Source: Mustelus asterias (taxonomy: Eukaryota). From it: 64,000 bases of DNA. The notes under the pieces are model-generated. The model worked only from the letters and a program-made list of their open reading frames with translations, made no database searches and had not been told where the DNA came from. The stretch is taken from the NCBI RefSeq assembly GCF_964213995.1, contig NC_135819.1, forward strand, positions 46,996,001 to 47,060,000. Reading direction: 5' to 3'. The stretch's first letter is position 1. Every line of letters begins with the position of its first letter. Shown here piece after piece: positions 1 through 10,919 of the stretch. Made by a program: the position numbers and the translations under genes.

Positions 1-507
1 TGCGTAGAATATTTGTAGAGTATGTATACACTACATTAATAAAACAGATAATAATTCCAATATCTGATGTTTACCTTGTGCATTAGACCACCCGTGAGTT
101 TTACATAACCAACCAAACTCTTAATCCTTTTTTCCCCAGAAAACCATCCAATTGTCTGTTGAACTTATTTATATATTTTCCGCTTCAGTGGTGCAGCCTG
201 GCAACTTACTTGACAGTTCTATTGTGTGCCTGTTGTGTCTGACTTCCCTGTTTACTCTAGACTTTTGAATTTCACATTGTTCCTCCTAATATTTGACCAT
301 TCGTAATTTGTCAAATTTTGTTGATCTTATAAACTTGATATTCACAAGGCCTGTTTCAAAGAACATAAATCCAATTTCCCCAACCTTTTCCAAACTCAAG
401 AGTTTCTGATGCCTGGATTTGCCTTTGTTTTCCTCTGTATACACTAATAGGCTCTGATATTCAAAACTAATCTTAATTGCCTTAACCATTTTTTAAAGTG
501 CGTGCTT

Positions 508-810
508 AAAGTTTATTTATTAATGTTACAAGTAGGCTTACATTAACACTGCAAAAAAGTTAGCGTGAAAATTCCCTAGTTGCCACACTCCAGCATCTGT
601 TCGGTTATACTGAGAGAGAATTTACCATGACCAATGCACCTAACCAGCACTTTCAAACTGTGGGAAGAAACCAAAGCACCCAGAGGAAACCCACACAGAC
701 ACGGGGAGAACGTGCAGACTCCATACAGACAGTGACCCAAACTGGGAATCGAATCCGGGTCCCTGGCACTATGAGGCAGCATTGCTAACCACTATGCCAG
801 CGTGCTACCC
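508..810 (-). mobile_element. tRNA-derived V-SINE (HE1-like head/core), tail type B
   Basis: On the minus strand: A/B boxes (tagtggttagca...ggattcgattccc), V-domain (tgcacgttctccccgtgtctgtgtgggtttcctc) and tail ...gtaagcctacttgtaacattaataaataaact. Confidence 0.85.
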
Positions 811-1319
811 CACAGTGCAGTACAGTAGTGACATTTTCCATTTTTCAAATAAATGATCCTCTAGCTCCTGAAGGAAATTACTAGTTCTTGTTAGTTTTTC
901 ATTGCTGCATACAAATTGAATAGAGACAGATTAAGCCTTACAGGAAAAAGACAGATGATCCCATCAATGTGGGCTGGATTTCAAACCAGTATCCAATCCA
1001 TTATGTCAGTCTCCTAACCTGCTGATGCCCTTTTATTTCTAAAGCCCCCCCCCCCCCGGAGCCTTGGAATTATCCTACTTGTTTGTATTCTTTCCTCTTT
1101 TTCTGACCTGTCTTTTTTCCCCAGCGCCAAGAAGGGATTTGTTGAAATTAATTTTTTCATGTGAGTGCGAATGAACAATTTTTAAATTAAAGGCTCTATA
1201 CTATAAACTGGTCTAATTGATTTTTTTTTGATTGGAGAAATCTGTGCCTAAAGGAAGAATAGATTTGAATGTAAACTTACATTAGATGTGGGAAGTAATA
1301 AAATATAAACAATACTGTT

Positions 1320-1735
1320 CACCATGTCCTCACCTTCCACCCGACCAGCCTGCACGTTCAACATGTCATCCTACAATATTTCTGTCGTCATCTGGCATGT
1401 CACCACAACGAAACACATCCTCCCCACCACTCCTGTTTTGGCATTCTGAGGAGATTTTTCAATCTGCAATACCCTAACCCATTCTTCAATCATTCCCAGC
1501 ATACCTCTATGTCCCACGGCACCTTCCTTTGTAAGTGCTGAAGATACAAACCTGTCCTTTACCATCTCCTTTCTCAAGTCCCCAAATAGCCTTTTGCGAT
1601 GAAACGATGATTTACTTGTACTTTTGAAATACTGTTTTTAGTCATATTACAGTCTCCTCTACTTTTGAAAAGACGAAACCCGGATTGGATGAATGCTTTG
1701 CAGAATACCTTTGTTCTGTCTGCTGTCTTTATTTA
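1320..1735 (+). mobile_element. Old degraded Penelope-like element fragment (GIY-YIG region)
   Basis: Decayed similarity to PLE endonuclease-coding sequence (ggcaccttcc...tttacttgtac...ctctac...gaaacccggattggatgaatgctttgcagaa). No open frame. Confidence 0.45.
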
Positions 1736-2259
1736 TCCATGTCATATGACCTGAGCCAGGACACACATCCTAGTATTACTGAGTGGGCATAAAGAGGAAG
1801 CTGTCGTTTGGTGATTCCATTGCCACTGTTGGTTATAAACAGTATTCTTCAATGGTTGCTGTACCTCCCCAAATTAACTGAGGAAATTTGCTATCTTTTT
1901 GATACTGGCGTAGATCTTGATATATTCCCTGTTGGCTCAGGCCTGGTGTTTCTGTCTCCGCACCTGAACTCTTTACCCTGCAATGTATGATGCACAGTGA
2001 CATCCTCAAACCCACCCCATTGTAAATTGGTTTTGCATTGTCTATCCAAAGTGTTGAATAATCCAAACAACTAGATTAGTCACATCTAACCCAGAAGTGC
2101 GAATTTGGCAAAGATTATTAATCAAAGTGGGGGGAAATTGAAAGGGCAGAAGAAACAAGAATTTCTACTGTTTAATTTTGCAAAACTCCTTAAAATGTTC
2201 TTAAAGATCCCCAGGGATATTTTCTGGCTCTAAGCAGTTTCCATAATTAATGGTAGGAA

Positions 2260-2535
2260 GCACAGTGGCTAGCACCCCTGGTTAGCCAGGGACCCGGGTT
2301 CGATTCCCGGCTTGGGTCACTGTCTGTACATGTTCTCCCCGTGATTGCATGGGTTTCCTCTGGGTGCTCCAGTTTCCTCCCACAGTCTGAAGGGCGTGCT
2401 GGTTAGGTTCATTGGCCATGCTAAATTCTGCCTCAGTGTACCCAAACAAGCACTGAAATGTGGCGATTCGGGGATTTTCGCAGTAACTTCATTGATTGCA
2501 GTGTTAGTGTAAGCCTACTTGTGACACAATAAACT
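2260..2535 (+). mobile_element. V-SINE, tail type B, internally deleted
   Basis: gggttcgattccc B box, V-domain and the same tail as 508-810. Confidence 0.85.
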
Positions 2536-3499
2536 AAGTTTCATAGGAGGTTTGCTTTCCACCAAACACCCAACACACAATTTGTTTTTTGTTAAGAAAA
2601 TGAATAAAGAAACACAAAGTTTTCTATGTAGTCAAAACTTTCCAGGAAAATCTTACCAGAACCATAAATGTTTTCAACCTCTTGATTAACCTTTCCACAA
2701 AGTTTGAATCTCCAGACTTATAGAGTCAATTGTTCAAAAGGTTAATTGCTAGTATTTCCTTTTTGGTTGGATTTTGTAGCCTTAAAGAAACGCATGTCTT
2801 TGCTTCAGCAGAAGAAAAATGCATTATGCTTTATACTGTACAATGTTTCTGTCCTCAGAAAAGTTTTACCATGAATTGCACTACAGGGAATATAGTCGGA
2901 GAGTAGTATTAAAAATGGTATATCAGCATAAATAGATATTGCTTTTAAGCAATATTACATTAGCGAAGCCTGTAACAAGTCTACAAGCGGATATAGGCGT
3001 CCTGTATGACATCAATTTATAAATTCTTGTATTTTCTCTAAGTACAGTTCCTTTTTTAAAATAAACACACACAAGCCATCTTAGCATGGCTGTAATGATG
3101 AGTTGCTTCAGGCCACTCAAGCAGTGACATGGGAGATTAAATATATAAAAGTGTTGTGCCTCATATCTGTATTACCCTTGATAACATCACACTTGTGTAC
3201 CAGAACAAAAAGCTCATGCCTTTAAATATAAAAAAATGTCCTGCAGCTAAAACAAAACATCATTGGGTGCCAAATCAAAGAAAGAGATAACGTGGAGCTT
3301 AAAGAAACTTGATTGGAGGTTGGTTTAAGGGAACACCTTAAAAAAAGATAAGTAGATCAAAGAGGAAGTGCCAAAGTTTGGGGGAAGGGGGATGCATAAG
3401 AATTCAGATGTGGAGATGCCGGCGTTGGACTGGGGTAAACACAGTTAAATGTCTAACAATACCAGGTTAAAGTCCAACAGGTTTATTAGGTAGCAAATG

Positions 3500-3536
3500 C
3501 CACTAGCTTTCAGAGCGCTGCCCCTTCATCAGGTGG
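3500..3536 (-). ncRNA. Minimal type I hammerhead ribozyme, second copy
   Basis: Reverse complement reads CCAC-CTGATGA-A-GGGGC-AGC-GCTCT-GAA-AGCT-A-GTGG. Confidence 0.7.
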
Positions 3537-4532
3537 AGTGGGAGATGTGCTCACAAACAGGGCATACAGAGACACAAACTCAATTTACAGAATAATGATT
3601 GGAATGCTGATCAAGCTAATCAATGCTAATACAGCTAATCAAGTCTTCAAGGTACAGACAATGTGAGTGGAGAGAGAGCATTAAGCACAGGTTAAAGAGA
3701 TGTGTATTGTCTCCAGACAGGGCAGCTGGTGAGATTTTGCAAGTCCAGGCAAGTTGTGGGGGTTACAGATAGTGTGACATGAACCCAGGATCCCGGTTGA
3801 GGCTGTTTTCATGTGTGCGGAACTTGGCTATCAGTTTCTGCTCAGCGACCCTGCGGTGTCGTGTGTCATGAAGGCCGCCTTGGAGAGCGCTTACCCGAAG
3901 ATCAGAGGCTGAATGCCCGTGACCGCTGAAGTGCTCCCCAACCGGGAAGAGAACAGTCTTGCCTGGTGATTGTCGAGCGGTGTAAACCATGCAGACGGTA
4001 CGACAACGGATGATACGCTGCAGGAAAGGATGTCCGGAGGCATGGTACATTGGGGAAACCATGCCGACGCTACGACAACGGATGAATGAACACCGCTCGA
4101 CAATCACCAGGCAAGACTGTTCTCTTCCTGTTGGGGAGCACTTCAGCGGTCACGGGCATTCAGCCTCTGATCTTCGGGTAAGCGTTCTCCAAGGCGGCCT
4201 TCATGACACACGACACCGCAGGGTCGCTGAGCAGAAACTGATAGCCAAGTTCCGCACACATGAGGACGGCTCAACCGGGATCCTGGGTTCATGTCACACT
4301 ATCTGTAACCCCCACAACTTGCCTGGACTTGCAAAATCTCACTAGCTGTCCTGTCTGGAGACAATACACATCTCTTTAAGCTGTGCTTAATGCTCTCTCC
4401 ACTCACATTGTCTGTACCTTTAAGACTTGATTAGCTGTATTAGCATTGATTAGCTTGATTAGCATTTCAATCATTATACTGTAAATTGAGTTTGTGTCTC
4501 TGTATGCCCTGTTTGTGAGCACATCTCCCACT

Positions 4533-4569
4533 CCACCTGACGAAGGGGCAGCGCTCCGAAAGCTAGTGG
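4533..4569 (+). ncRNA. Minimal type I hammerhead ribozyme (Penelope-associated)
   Basis: CCAC-CTGACGA-A-GGGGC-AGC-GCTCC-GAA-AGCT-A-GTGG: stem I CCAC/GTGG, intact core, 5-bp stem II and palindromic AGCT helix III. Confidence 0.75.
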
Positions 4570-4639
4570 CATTTGCTACTAAATAAACCTGTTGGACTTT
4601 AACCTGGTGTTGTTCGACTTCTTACTAAGAATTCAGAGG

Positions 4640-5460
4640 CAGAGAAACAGTGAATTTGGAGTGGGATTTGTTGTACTGAAAGAGGTTGCAAAGGGGGAAT
4701 AGCTGAGGCTTCTTAGGAATGTAAAGACAAGAATGATAATTTAAATTTGAGGCACTGGAGGAGTGAGAGTCATTATACATCAGTATGCACAGGACTGATG
4801 GGCAAGCAGCTCTTGTGGGCAACAGTTTGGATGAGCTAAAATTTACAAAGGATGAAAGATGGAAGGCAGCTTGGTGAGTGAGGCTGATGGCACTTATGAT
4901 GGAGAAAATATGAGCTGGAAGGTCACGTAGGAATCTAATATAATGCTGCGGGAGCAGTCCGGTTCAACCTGAGACAGTGCCTGAGGAGAGTGATGTTCAT
5001 AATGGGAGAAAAAAACAATGGCTTCATTCATCCCTATAGTTAACTGAATGTTGGATAAGGTATCACTGGATGTAATCAGCATACATTACTAAAGGAGTTG
5101 CTATGTCTTTAGATCTTGCCAAGAGGCTACATGTGAATGAGGTTTAGGAGAGAAGTATGGATGGGATCCCGAGAGGAGTACCTGAAGTAAATATGAAGAT
5201 GTGCATAGATAAACCATTGGTAGAGATGGTGTTGCTGCTAATGAATAGGTAACAGACAGACCAGCTGAGGTTGACAATGGAGGAAAAGCATTGGAGAAGG
5301 ACAATGAAGGTGTTCATGTCAAAAGCTGCAGCGTGGGTGGGAGATCGTGCACCACAATAATCAAGAATGCTGTTTGCAACTTATTGGGGCAATTTAGGAC
5401 TTTGAGAAGGATGGGAAACTGGATTGGAAGAATTAAAAAGTGAATTGTCCTATTTAAAGG
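4640..5460 (-). mobile_element. Old L2-clade LINE fragment (continues from ~3240-3395, interrupted by the Penelope insertion)
   Basis: Decayed RT-like sequence (rc ctgcagcttttgaca..., DLSAAFD-type region). Resembles 30020-30800. Confidence 0.5.
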
Positions 5461-6372
5461 ACAAAACTTTGATAGCGATAGTAGACTTATTCACTGGTGT
5501 GAGGTAGGTAAAATTCCTGCAGAAAATTGTTATCTTAATGTATGAAACAATTCCTAAGGTGTTTTATAGAGTTGGACATTTAATCATATGACTTCCGTCT
5601 CCAGTTGCGCAGGCAAACATCCTCTTTTCCCATGATTAAGAGAAAATTATTCAATAAAAAGAGACAATTTTTTTCAAATGTTTGTGTTCTCCTGGATTGC
5701 TCATAACAGCATCTAGGGCTTTAATCCCTGAAGGCTAGGATAATCCCTGGAGAGTTGGTGAACCTAGGTAATGTAACAATTTACTTTGGTTAGAGGGAAC
5801 CTATTTAAGGTGATGGCTTTAGTAAAATCAGGCAGTAAATTCTGCTGCAAGAAAGAATCAGGCAGTAAATTCTGCTGCCAGTTCCTGGACTCAACAACAC
5901 GAGGCTAGTACATAACTGATTTTGTGCAAATTGTCTCCTTGATCTTGAGGACTACGCCATTAGCATGTTTAGTATTGATTGTTGCTGCTTTCAGGAAGCC
6001 AAATAATCTAGTCCTATTTGGGCAAAATGCTTATTTCATGAGGATATGTATGATAGGCTTGTATTGATAGACAGAGCACAACTAGAGATCAAAATAAGAT
6101 AGACACCAAGAAATCTAATAGGAATTCAGAGGAAATTTCTTTACCCACAATGTGGTGAACATGTGGAATTTGCTGTCAGAGTGATTGAAGCGAATACTAA
6201 AGCTGCATTTAAAGGGAAGCTGGATGGATACAAGGGTGAAGGGAGGGTTACATTGATAGATGAGGAAAAATGGGAGGAGGCTGGAGTGGAGCAAGTCTTG
6301 CTGGACCAAATGGCATGTTTCTGTGCAGTATATCCTATGTAATCCTACATAATATGCATTAGGGATTTAGCA

Positions 6373-6866
6373 TTATTACCTCCACAACTGAATGAGGGTG
6401 GAATAATGTTTTCAGCCCTATTTGTAAACAGTTTTTCTCTGGACAGATTTCAACAAACTTGGTATACAGTTATATTATGACCCAAGGAAGAACTGATTAG
6501 TTTTTGGTGAAAATTCAGATCCTGAAATTTCTTTAAGGATTTGATAACTTCGATTTTTAAAAAATGTTGTGGGTTGCTTATTTAGAATGTTGATAATTAA
6601 TTTAGAATGTTGTGAATTGCGTCAGCTGCTGTGTTAGAATTTGTCACAATTGTCAAAATGTGAACAGTGGTTTCAGAGCAGGTTGTTGGATGTGGATTGG
6701 TCTGAAGCTTCCTCAGTGAGATTGAAGCTCTTCATAAAAAGTTTTTTTAAAGCTTTGTCATTACAGAGCATCAGCCAGACAGTGAACAGCAAGGAGCTGC
6801 ATCACTAATAATGTTGAATTAACACCATGGCAGAGGAATATGCTCTACTGAGTGTCCTTTTCAATT
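6373..6866 (+). mobile_element. Probable non-autonomous Helentron-associated element (HINE/DINE-like)
   Basis: 5' ttattacctccaca...; 3' subterminal inverted copy tggcagagga, then a short hairpin tgctc-tact-gagtg and T-rich end. Architecture recognised from recall of fish HINEs. Confidence 0.5.
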
Positions 6867-7016
6867 GTTTGAACATATCACCCAATGAGCAACTTGAAAA
6901 TCATACCAAAATAGCTATTGCGCATCCAAGTATTAAGTCGTATGTTTTCAATGAAAAGTAAATCATAATGTATGTCATGCTATTGTGGTTTCTCTTGGTA
7001 GGTTTCAACAAGTACA

Positions 7017-7108
7017 ATGACATTGCAGTGGGTTGCAGTTGCGTCTTTCTTGTATGCAGAAATAGGCTTCGTTTTGTTTCTATGTTTACCGTTCATCTCT
7101 CCTCGAAG
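7017..7108 (+). CDS. BCAP29: BCAP29 coding exon 1 (MTLQWVAVASFLYAEIGFVLFLCLPFISPR)
   Basis: Manual translation matches the BAP29/BAP31 N-terminus (human BAP29 MTLQWAAVATFLYAEIG). Acceptor ttggtag ends at 7001, so the exon starts at 7002 and a non-coding exon lies upstream. Donor AG|gtaggt at 7109. 92 coding nt. Confidence 0.95.
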
Positions 7109-7682
7109 GTAGGTTTGCAGAGCAAAATTGGGTAATTATGTTAATTTAAGTGGGGTTTATTTTTTAGTTCAGAGTATACATCAAAATTCACATGTGTACA
7201 TGCAGTCTGAATTACATTGGAGATGCAGGATATATAAAACTTAAAGAAATTTGAACTTCCAGTTAGTAGCTGAAAGAATGACAGCAATATTTCACACTTA
7301 CAGTAACAGACTAAAAGTACTATTGCCTAAACCCTATTTTTGGTAGACAACTCATAGTTTAAAGTACAGAGCAGAACTTTCTCCTTTTATTGCTAACACA
7401 ACTGAAAAATCTTACTTGACAGGTTTACGTTACTCTGTCCTTTAAGTGGACATTCAATTCTCCTGTAACCAGTCCAAAATGATTCTTATTTCCCAAGTGT
7501 TTACTTCCATCGTTTTCTTTCTCAGCCTAGTAAGCTTTAATCCCAGAACTGTCCTTCAGTGAAAATTTTCCTGGAGATTCTCTCACTCACGTCAACTAGA
7601 TGAATCTTCCAGCCTCATTTTAGCGCCTCATGAGTTTGCTCTTTTTAATCTGAGCGCAAACTTCCTCCTACATTCCTACACG

Positions 7683-8342
7683 GTGAAGGCAAATGGGATG
7701 TTGGCCTATATCGCGAGGGGGATAGAATATAAAAGCAGAGATGTCTTGATGCACCTGTACAGGGCATTGGTGAGGCCGCAGCTGGAATACTGTGTGCAGT
7801 ATTGGTCCCCTTATATGAGGAAGGATATATTGGCATTGGAGGGAGTGCAGAAAAGGTTCACCAGGTTGATACCGGAGATGAGGGGTTTGGATTATGAGGA
7901 GAGGCTGAGGAGATTGGGTTTGTACTCGTTGGAGTTTAGAAGGATGAGGGGGGATCTTATGGAGACTTATAAGATAATGCGGGGGCTGGATAGGGTGGAG
8001 GCGGAGAGATTCTTTCCACTTAGTAAGGAAGTTAAAACTAGAGGACACAGCCTCAAAATAAAGGGGGGTCGGTTTAAGACAGAGTTGAGGAGGAACTTCT
8101 TCTCCCAGAGGGTGGTGAATCTCTGGAATTCTCTGCCCACTGAGGTGGTGGAGGCTACCTCGCTGAATATGTTTAAAGCGCGGATGGATGGATTCCTGAT
8201 CGGTAAGGGAATTAAGGGTTATGGGGATCAGGCGGGTAAGTGGTACTGATCCACGTCAGATCAGCCATGATCTTATTGAATGGCGGGGCAGGCTCGAGGG
8301 GCTAGATGGCCTACTCCTGCTCCTATTTCTTATGTTCTTATG
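7683..8342 (+). mobile_element. CR1 LINE 3' fragment, young (open 188-aa ORF2 C-terminus)
   Basis: LYRALVRPQLEYCVQYWSP...RRNFFSQRVVNLWNSLP. 3' tail tcttatgttcttatg. Confidence 0.95.
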
Positions 8343-8727
8343 AACCATAGAGACTTTCAGTATCTACTTGCTCTGTCTCTCCCAGATCCACTTCACAAAA
8401 ATAATATAAAGGCACTGGAGAAGATGCAAAGAATTATGCCAGAATAGAAATTAAGAGTAGGAGTAGCCATTCCATGTGATCATGGCTGATCCTCTATCTC
8501 AAAACAGTACTTCCATGCTCTCCCCATACCCTTTGACACAGAATGATGAACTATCAAGAAAGAGTGAACATGCTGGGCTCTGTTCTGTAGAGAAGAGAAC
8601 ATGGTGACCCAGTGAAGGTCTTTAAAATTGTGAAGTGGTTCAGTAGGATTGACTTAGAGAAAATAATTCCCCCTTTGAGGAATCCAAAACTAATAGAATA
8701 GTCAGAAAAATTAGATAGTCACTAACA

Positions 8728-9095
8728 AGGGGAGGTGATGGCCTAGTGATATTATTGCGAGACTATTAATCCAGAAAGTCAGCTAATGTTTTGGGGACCA
8801 GGTTCAAATCCCACCACGGCAGATGGTGGAATTTGAATTCTATAAAAAATATCTGGAATTAAGAATCTACTGATGAAATCATTGTCAGAAAAACCCATCT
8901 GGTTCACTAACGTCCCTGAGGGAAGGAAATCTGCCATCCTTACCTGGTCTGGCCTACATGTGACTCCAGAGCCACAGTAATGTGGTTAACTCTCAACTGC
9001 CCTCTGAAATGACCTAGCAAGCCACTCAGTTCAAGGGCAATAAATGCTGAACAGCCAGCGATGCCCATGTCCCACGAATGAATAAAAGAAAAAAC
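8728..9095 (+). mobile_element. tRNA-derived SINE family 2
   Basis: tggcctagtg A box, ggttcaaatccc B box, core agggaaggaaatctgccatccttacctggtctggcctacatgtgactccaga, tail cccatgtcccacgaatgaataaaa. Inserted in an old CR1 3' fragment (8400-9300). Confidence 0.8.
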
Positions 9096-9429
9096 AAATC
9101 CAATAGGTAATTCAGGAGAAACCTCTTTACCCAGAAAATGGTTAAAATGTGGACTTTCTACACAGGGATTGGTTGAGATAAATAGCATGGGTGCCATTTT
9201 AAGGGCAAGCTAGATAACTGCATGATGGAGAAAGGAATAGATAAACATGCTGATATGGTGGAAGGAGATTCATTTCTGCTGAATGGCCTCTTTCAATGCT
9301 GTGTGTAATGTGTAACAATCTTAATACATTTTTTAAAATTGTCTCTCCGTTCTTCTGGTGGTGTTCTTACAATGCATAACTAGAGAGTTTACATTTATTT
9401 CAATATTGTGATTTGTATTTGTGTTTCAG

Positions 9430-9530
9430 ATGGTTGAAAATTTTCAATTTCCGTTTATGGGAAAAAATTGCATCGTACTGGAATAGAGCATTCCTCACAA
9501 TCATTATAGTTTTGGTTGTTTTGTTCTTCG
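9430..9530 (+). CDS. BCAP29: BCAP29 coding exon 2 (WLKIFNFRLWEKIASYWNRAFLTIIIVLVVLFF)
   Basis: tttcag| acceptor and G|gtaggt donor. 101 nt, in phase with exon 1. WxKIAxxWNxAFLTIII resembles BAP29 rather than BAP31. Confidence 0.95.
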
Positions 9531-10384
9531 GTAGGTGGGGCATTTCAGAGAAATACATTTTCAGAATTTTTTTAAAGCAATTATAAGGTCTGTGTAACCT
9601 GTACATATATTGAAGCAAAAATAGCTTACTGCTTTCTATTTATGATCTAATTTTCTTGCATTTTTATTGAACTCCAGTTTTTTAAAGGTTGTTTTCTATA
9701 TGCCTGCGTATTAGGATTTATCAGAACCATGTGCAAAATTTAAATTTGTTTTCCTATTCATTTTCATGATCTCAAAAGGTTTTTACTAACGGAACTTGGT
9801 TTTCTGATTTAGGACCTAGTCTCCATTGAGACAACAGCACTAAAATCAAAACTCTAGTCAACAATATTCAAACAGGACAAACCAGCAAACAAATAAAAAC
9901 AGAAAATGCTGGTAAAACTCTGCAGGTCCGGTTTATTTATAAGTGTCACAAGGATGCTTACATTAACACTGCACTGAAGTTACTGTGAAAATCTCTACGG
10001 AGAAGGAAAATGAATGAACTGTTGCAAGTCGAACTGCCTCTTTTCAGAATATGTACAACTAGGACTTACTTGCCTCAGTCAGGGGTCACATCTACACTTA
10101 GGGCTATAAGTTGAGTGATCCTACTTTAAACGTAAAAGATCTAGGTAATTGGTGTTGAAAATGGCTTAAAATTACTAACAACACATGGATATTGTTGGGG
10201 AATGGAAGTAGTTGGAAACAAGACTGTTGACAGCTGTAATACTCAGAACGAGGAATGTAAAAGTGACTTGTGAGTGTTATGCTTTTATTTATTTCATTGG
10301 GACAGAGATGAGAAATTTCTTCACTCAGAGGGTTGTGAAGTTTGTAACTCTATAACCCAGGAGGTTGTGAAGTTTGTAACTCTA

Positions 10385-10518
10385 TAGGTGGGGCATTTCA
10401 GAGAAATACATTTTCAGAATTTTTTTAAAGCAATTATAAGGTCTGTGTAACCTGTACATATATTGAAGCAAAAATAGCTTACTGCTTTCTATTTATGATC
10501 TAATTTTCTTGCATTTTT
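10385..10518 (+). repeat. Exact 134-bp duplicate of 9532-9665 (5' end of the intron after coding exon 2)
   Basis: Base-by-base comparison shows identity from taggtggggcatttcagag to ttttcttgcattttt. Confidence 0.95.
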
Positions 10519-10535
10519 TACATTCTTACATTCAT

Positions 10536-10878
10536 GGCGGCACGGTAGCATAGTGGTTAGCACTGCTGCTTCACAGCTCCTGGGTCCCAGGTTCGATTCC
10601 CGGCTCGGGTCACTGTCTGTGTGGAGTTTGCACATTCTCCTCGTGTCTGCGTGGGTTTCCTCCGGGTGCTCCGGTTTCCTCCCACAGTCCAAAGATGTGC
10701 AGGTTAGGTTGATTGGCCAGGTTAAAAATTGCCCCTTAGAGTCCTGGGATGTGTAGGTTAGAGGGATTAGCGGGTAAAATATGTGGGGGTAGGGCCTGGG
10801 TGGGATTGTGGTCGGTGCAGACTCGATGGGCCGAATGGCCTCCTTCTGCACTGTAGGGTTTCTATGAATTTCTATGAA
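10536..10878 (+). mobile_element. Full-length HE1-like V-SINE, CR1/HER1-type tail
   Basis: ggcggcacggtagcatagtggttagc, ggttcgattccc, V-domain, tail gatgggccgaatggcctccttctgcactgtaggg(tttctatgaa)2. Confidence 0.92.
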
Positions 10879-10919
10879 TAACCCAGGAGGTTGTGGATGC
10901 TCAGTCATTCAGTATATTA

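Larger units (their letters stand above)
3409..4625. mobile_element. Fold-back (inverted) Penelope-like retroelement insertion with 12-bp TSD
   Basis: Arms ~3443-3983 (-) and ~4090-4625 (+) are reverse complements. ORF 3989..4345 encodes the C-terminal half of a GIY-YIG domain (YIGET..LRQRMNEH..PVGEHF..EQKLI). TAAGAATTCAGA at 3397-3408 and 4626-4637. Confidence 0.92.

Noticed and set aside
5826-5878. 23-bp direct repeat AATCAGGCAGTAAATTCTGCTGC x2 with a 7-bp spacer (CRISPR-like?)
   Set aside because: Two copies only, with a tiny spacer in a eukaryotic context. An ordinary microduplication.
10536-10610. tRNA gene
   Set aside because: The A/B boxes are the head of a V-SINE that continues into the V-domain and LINE tail.
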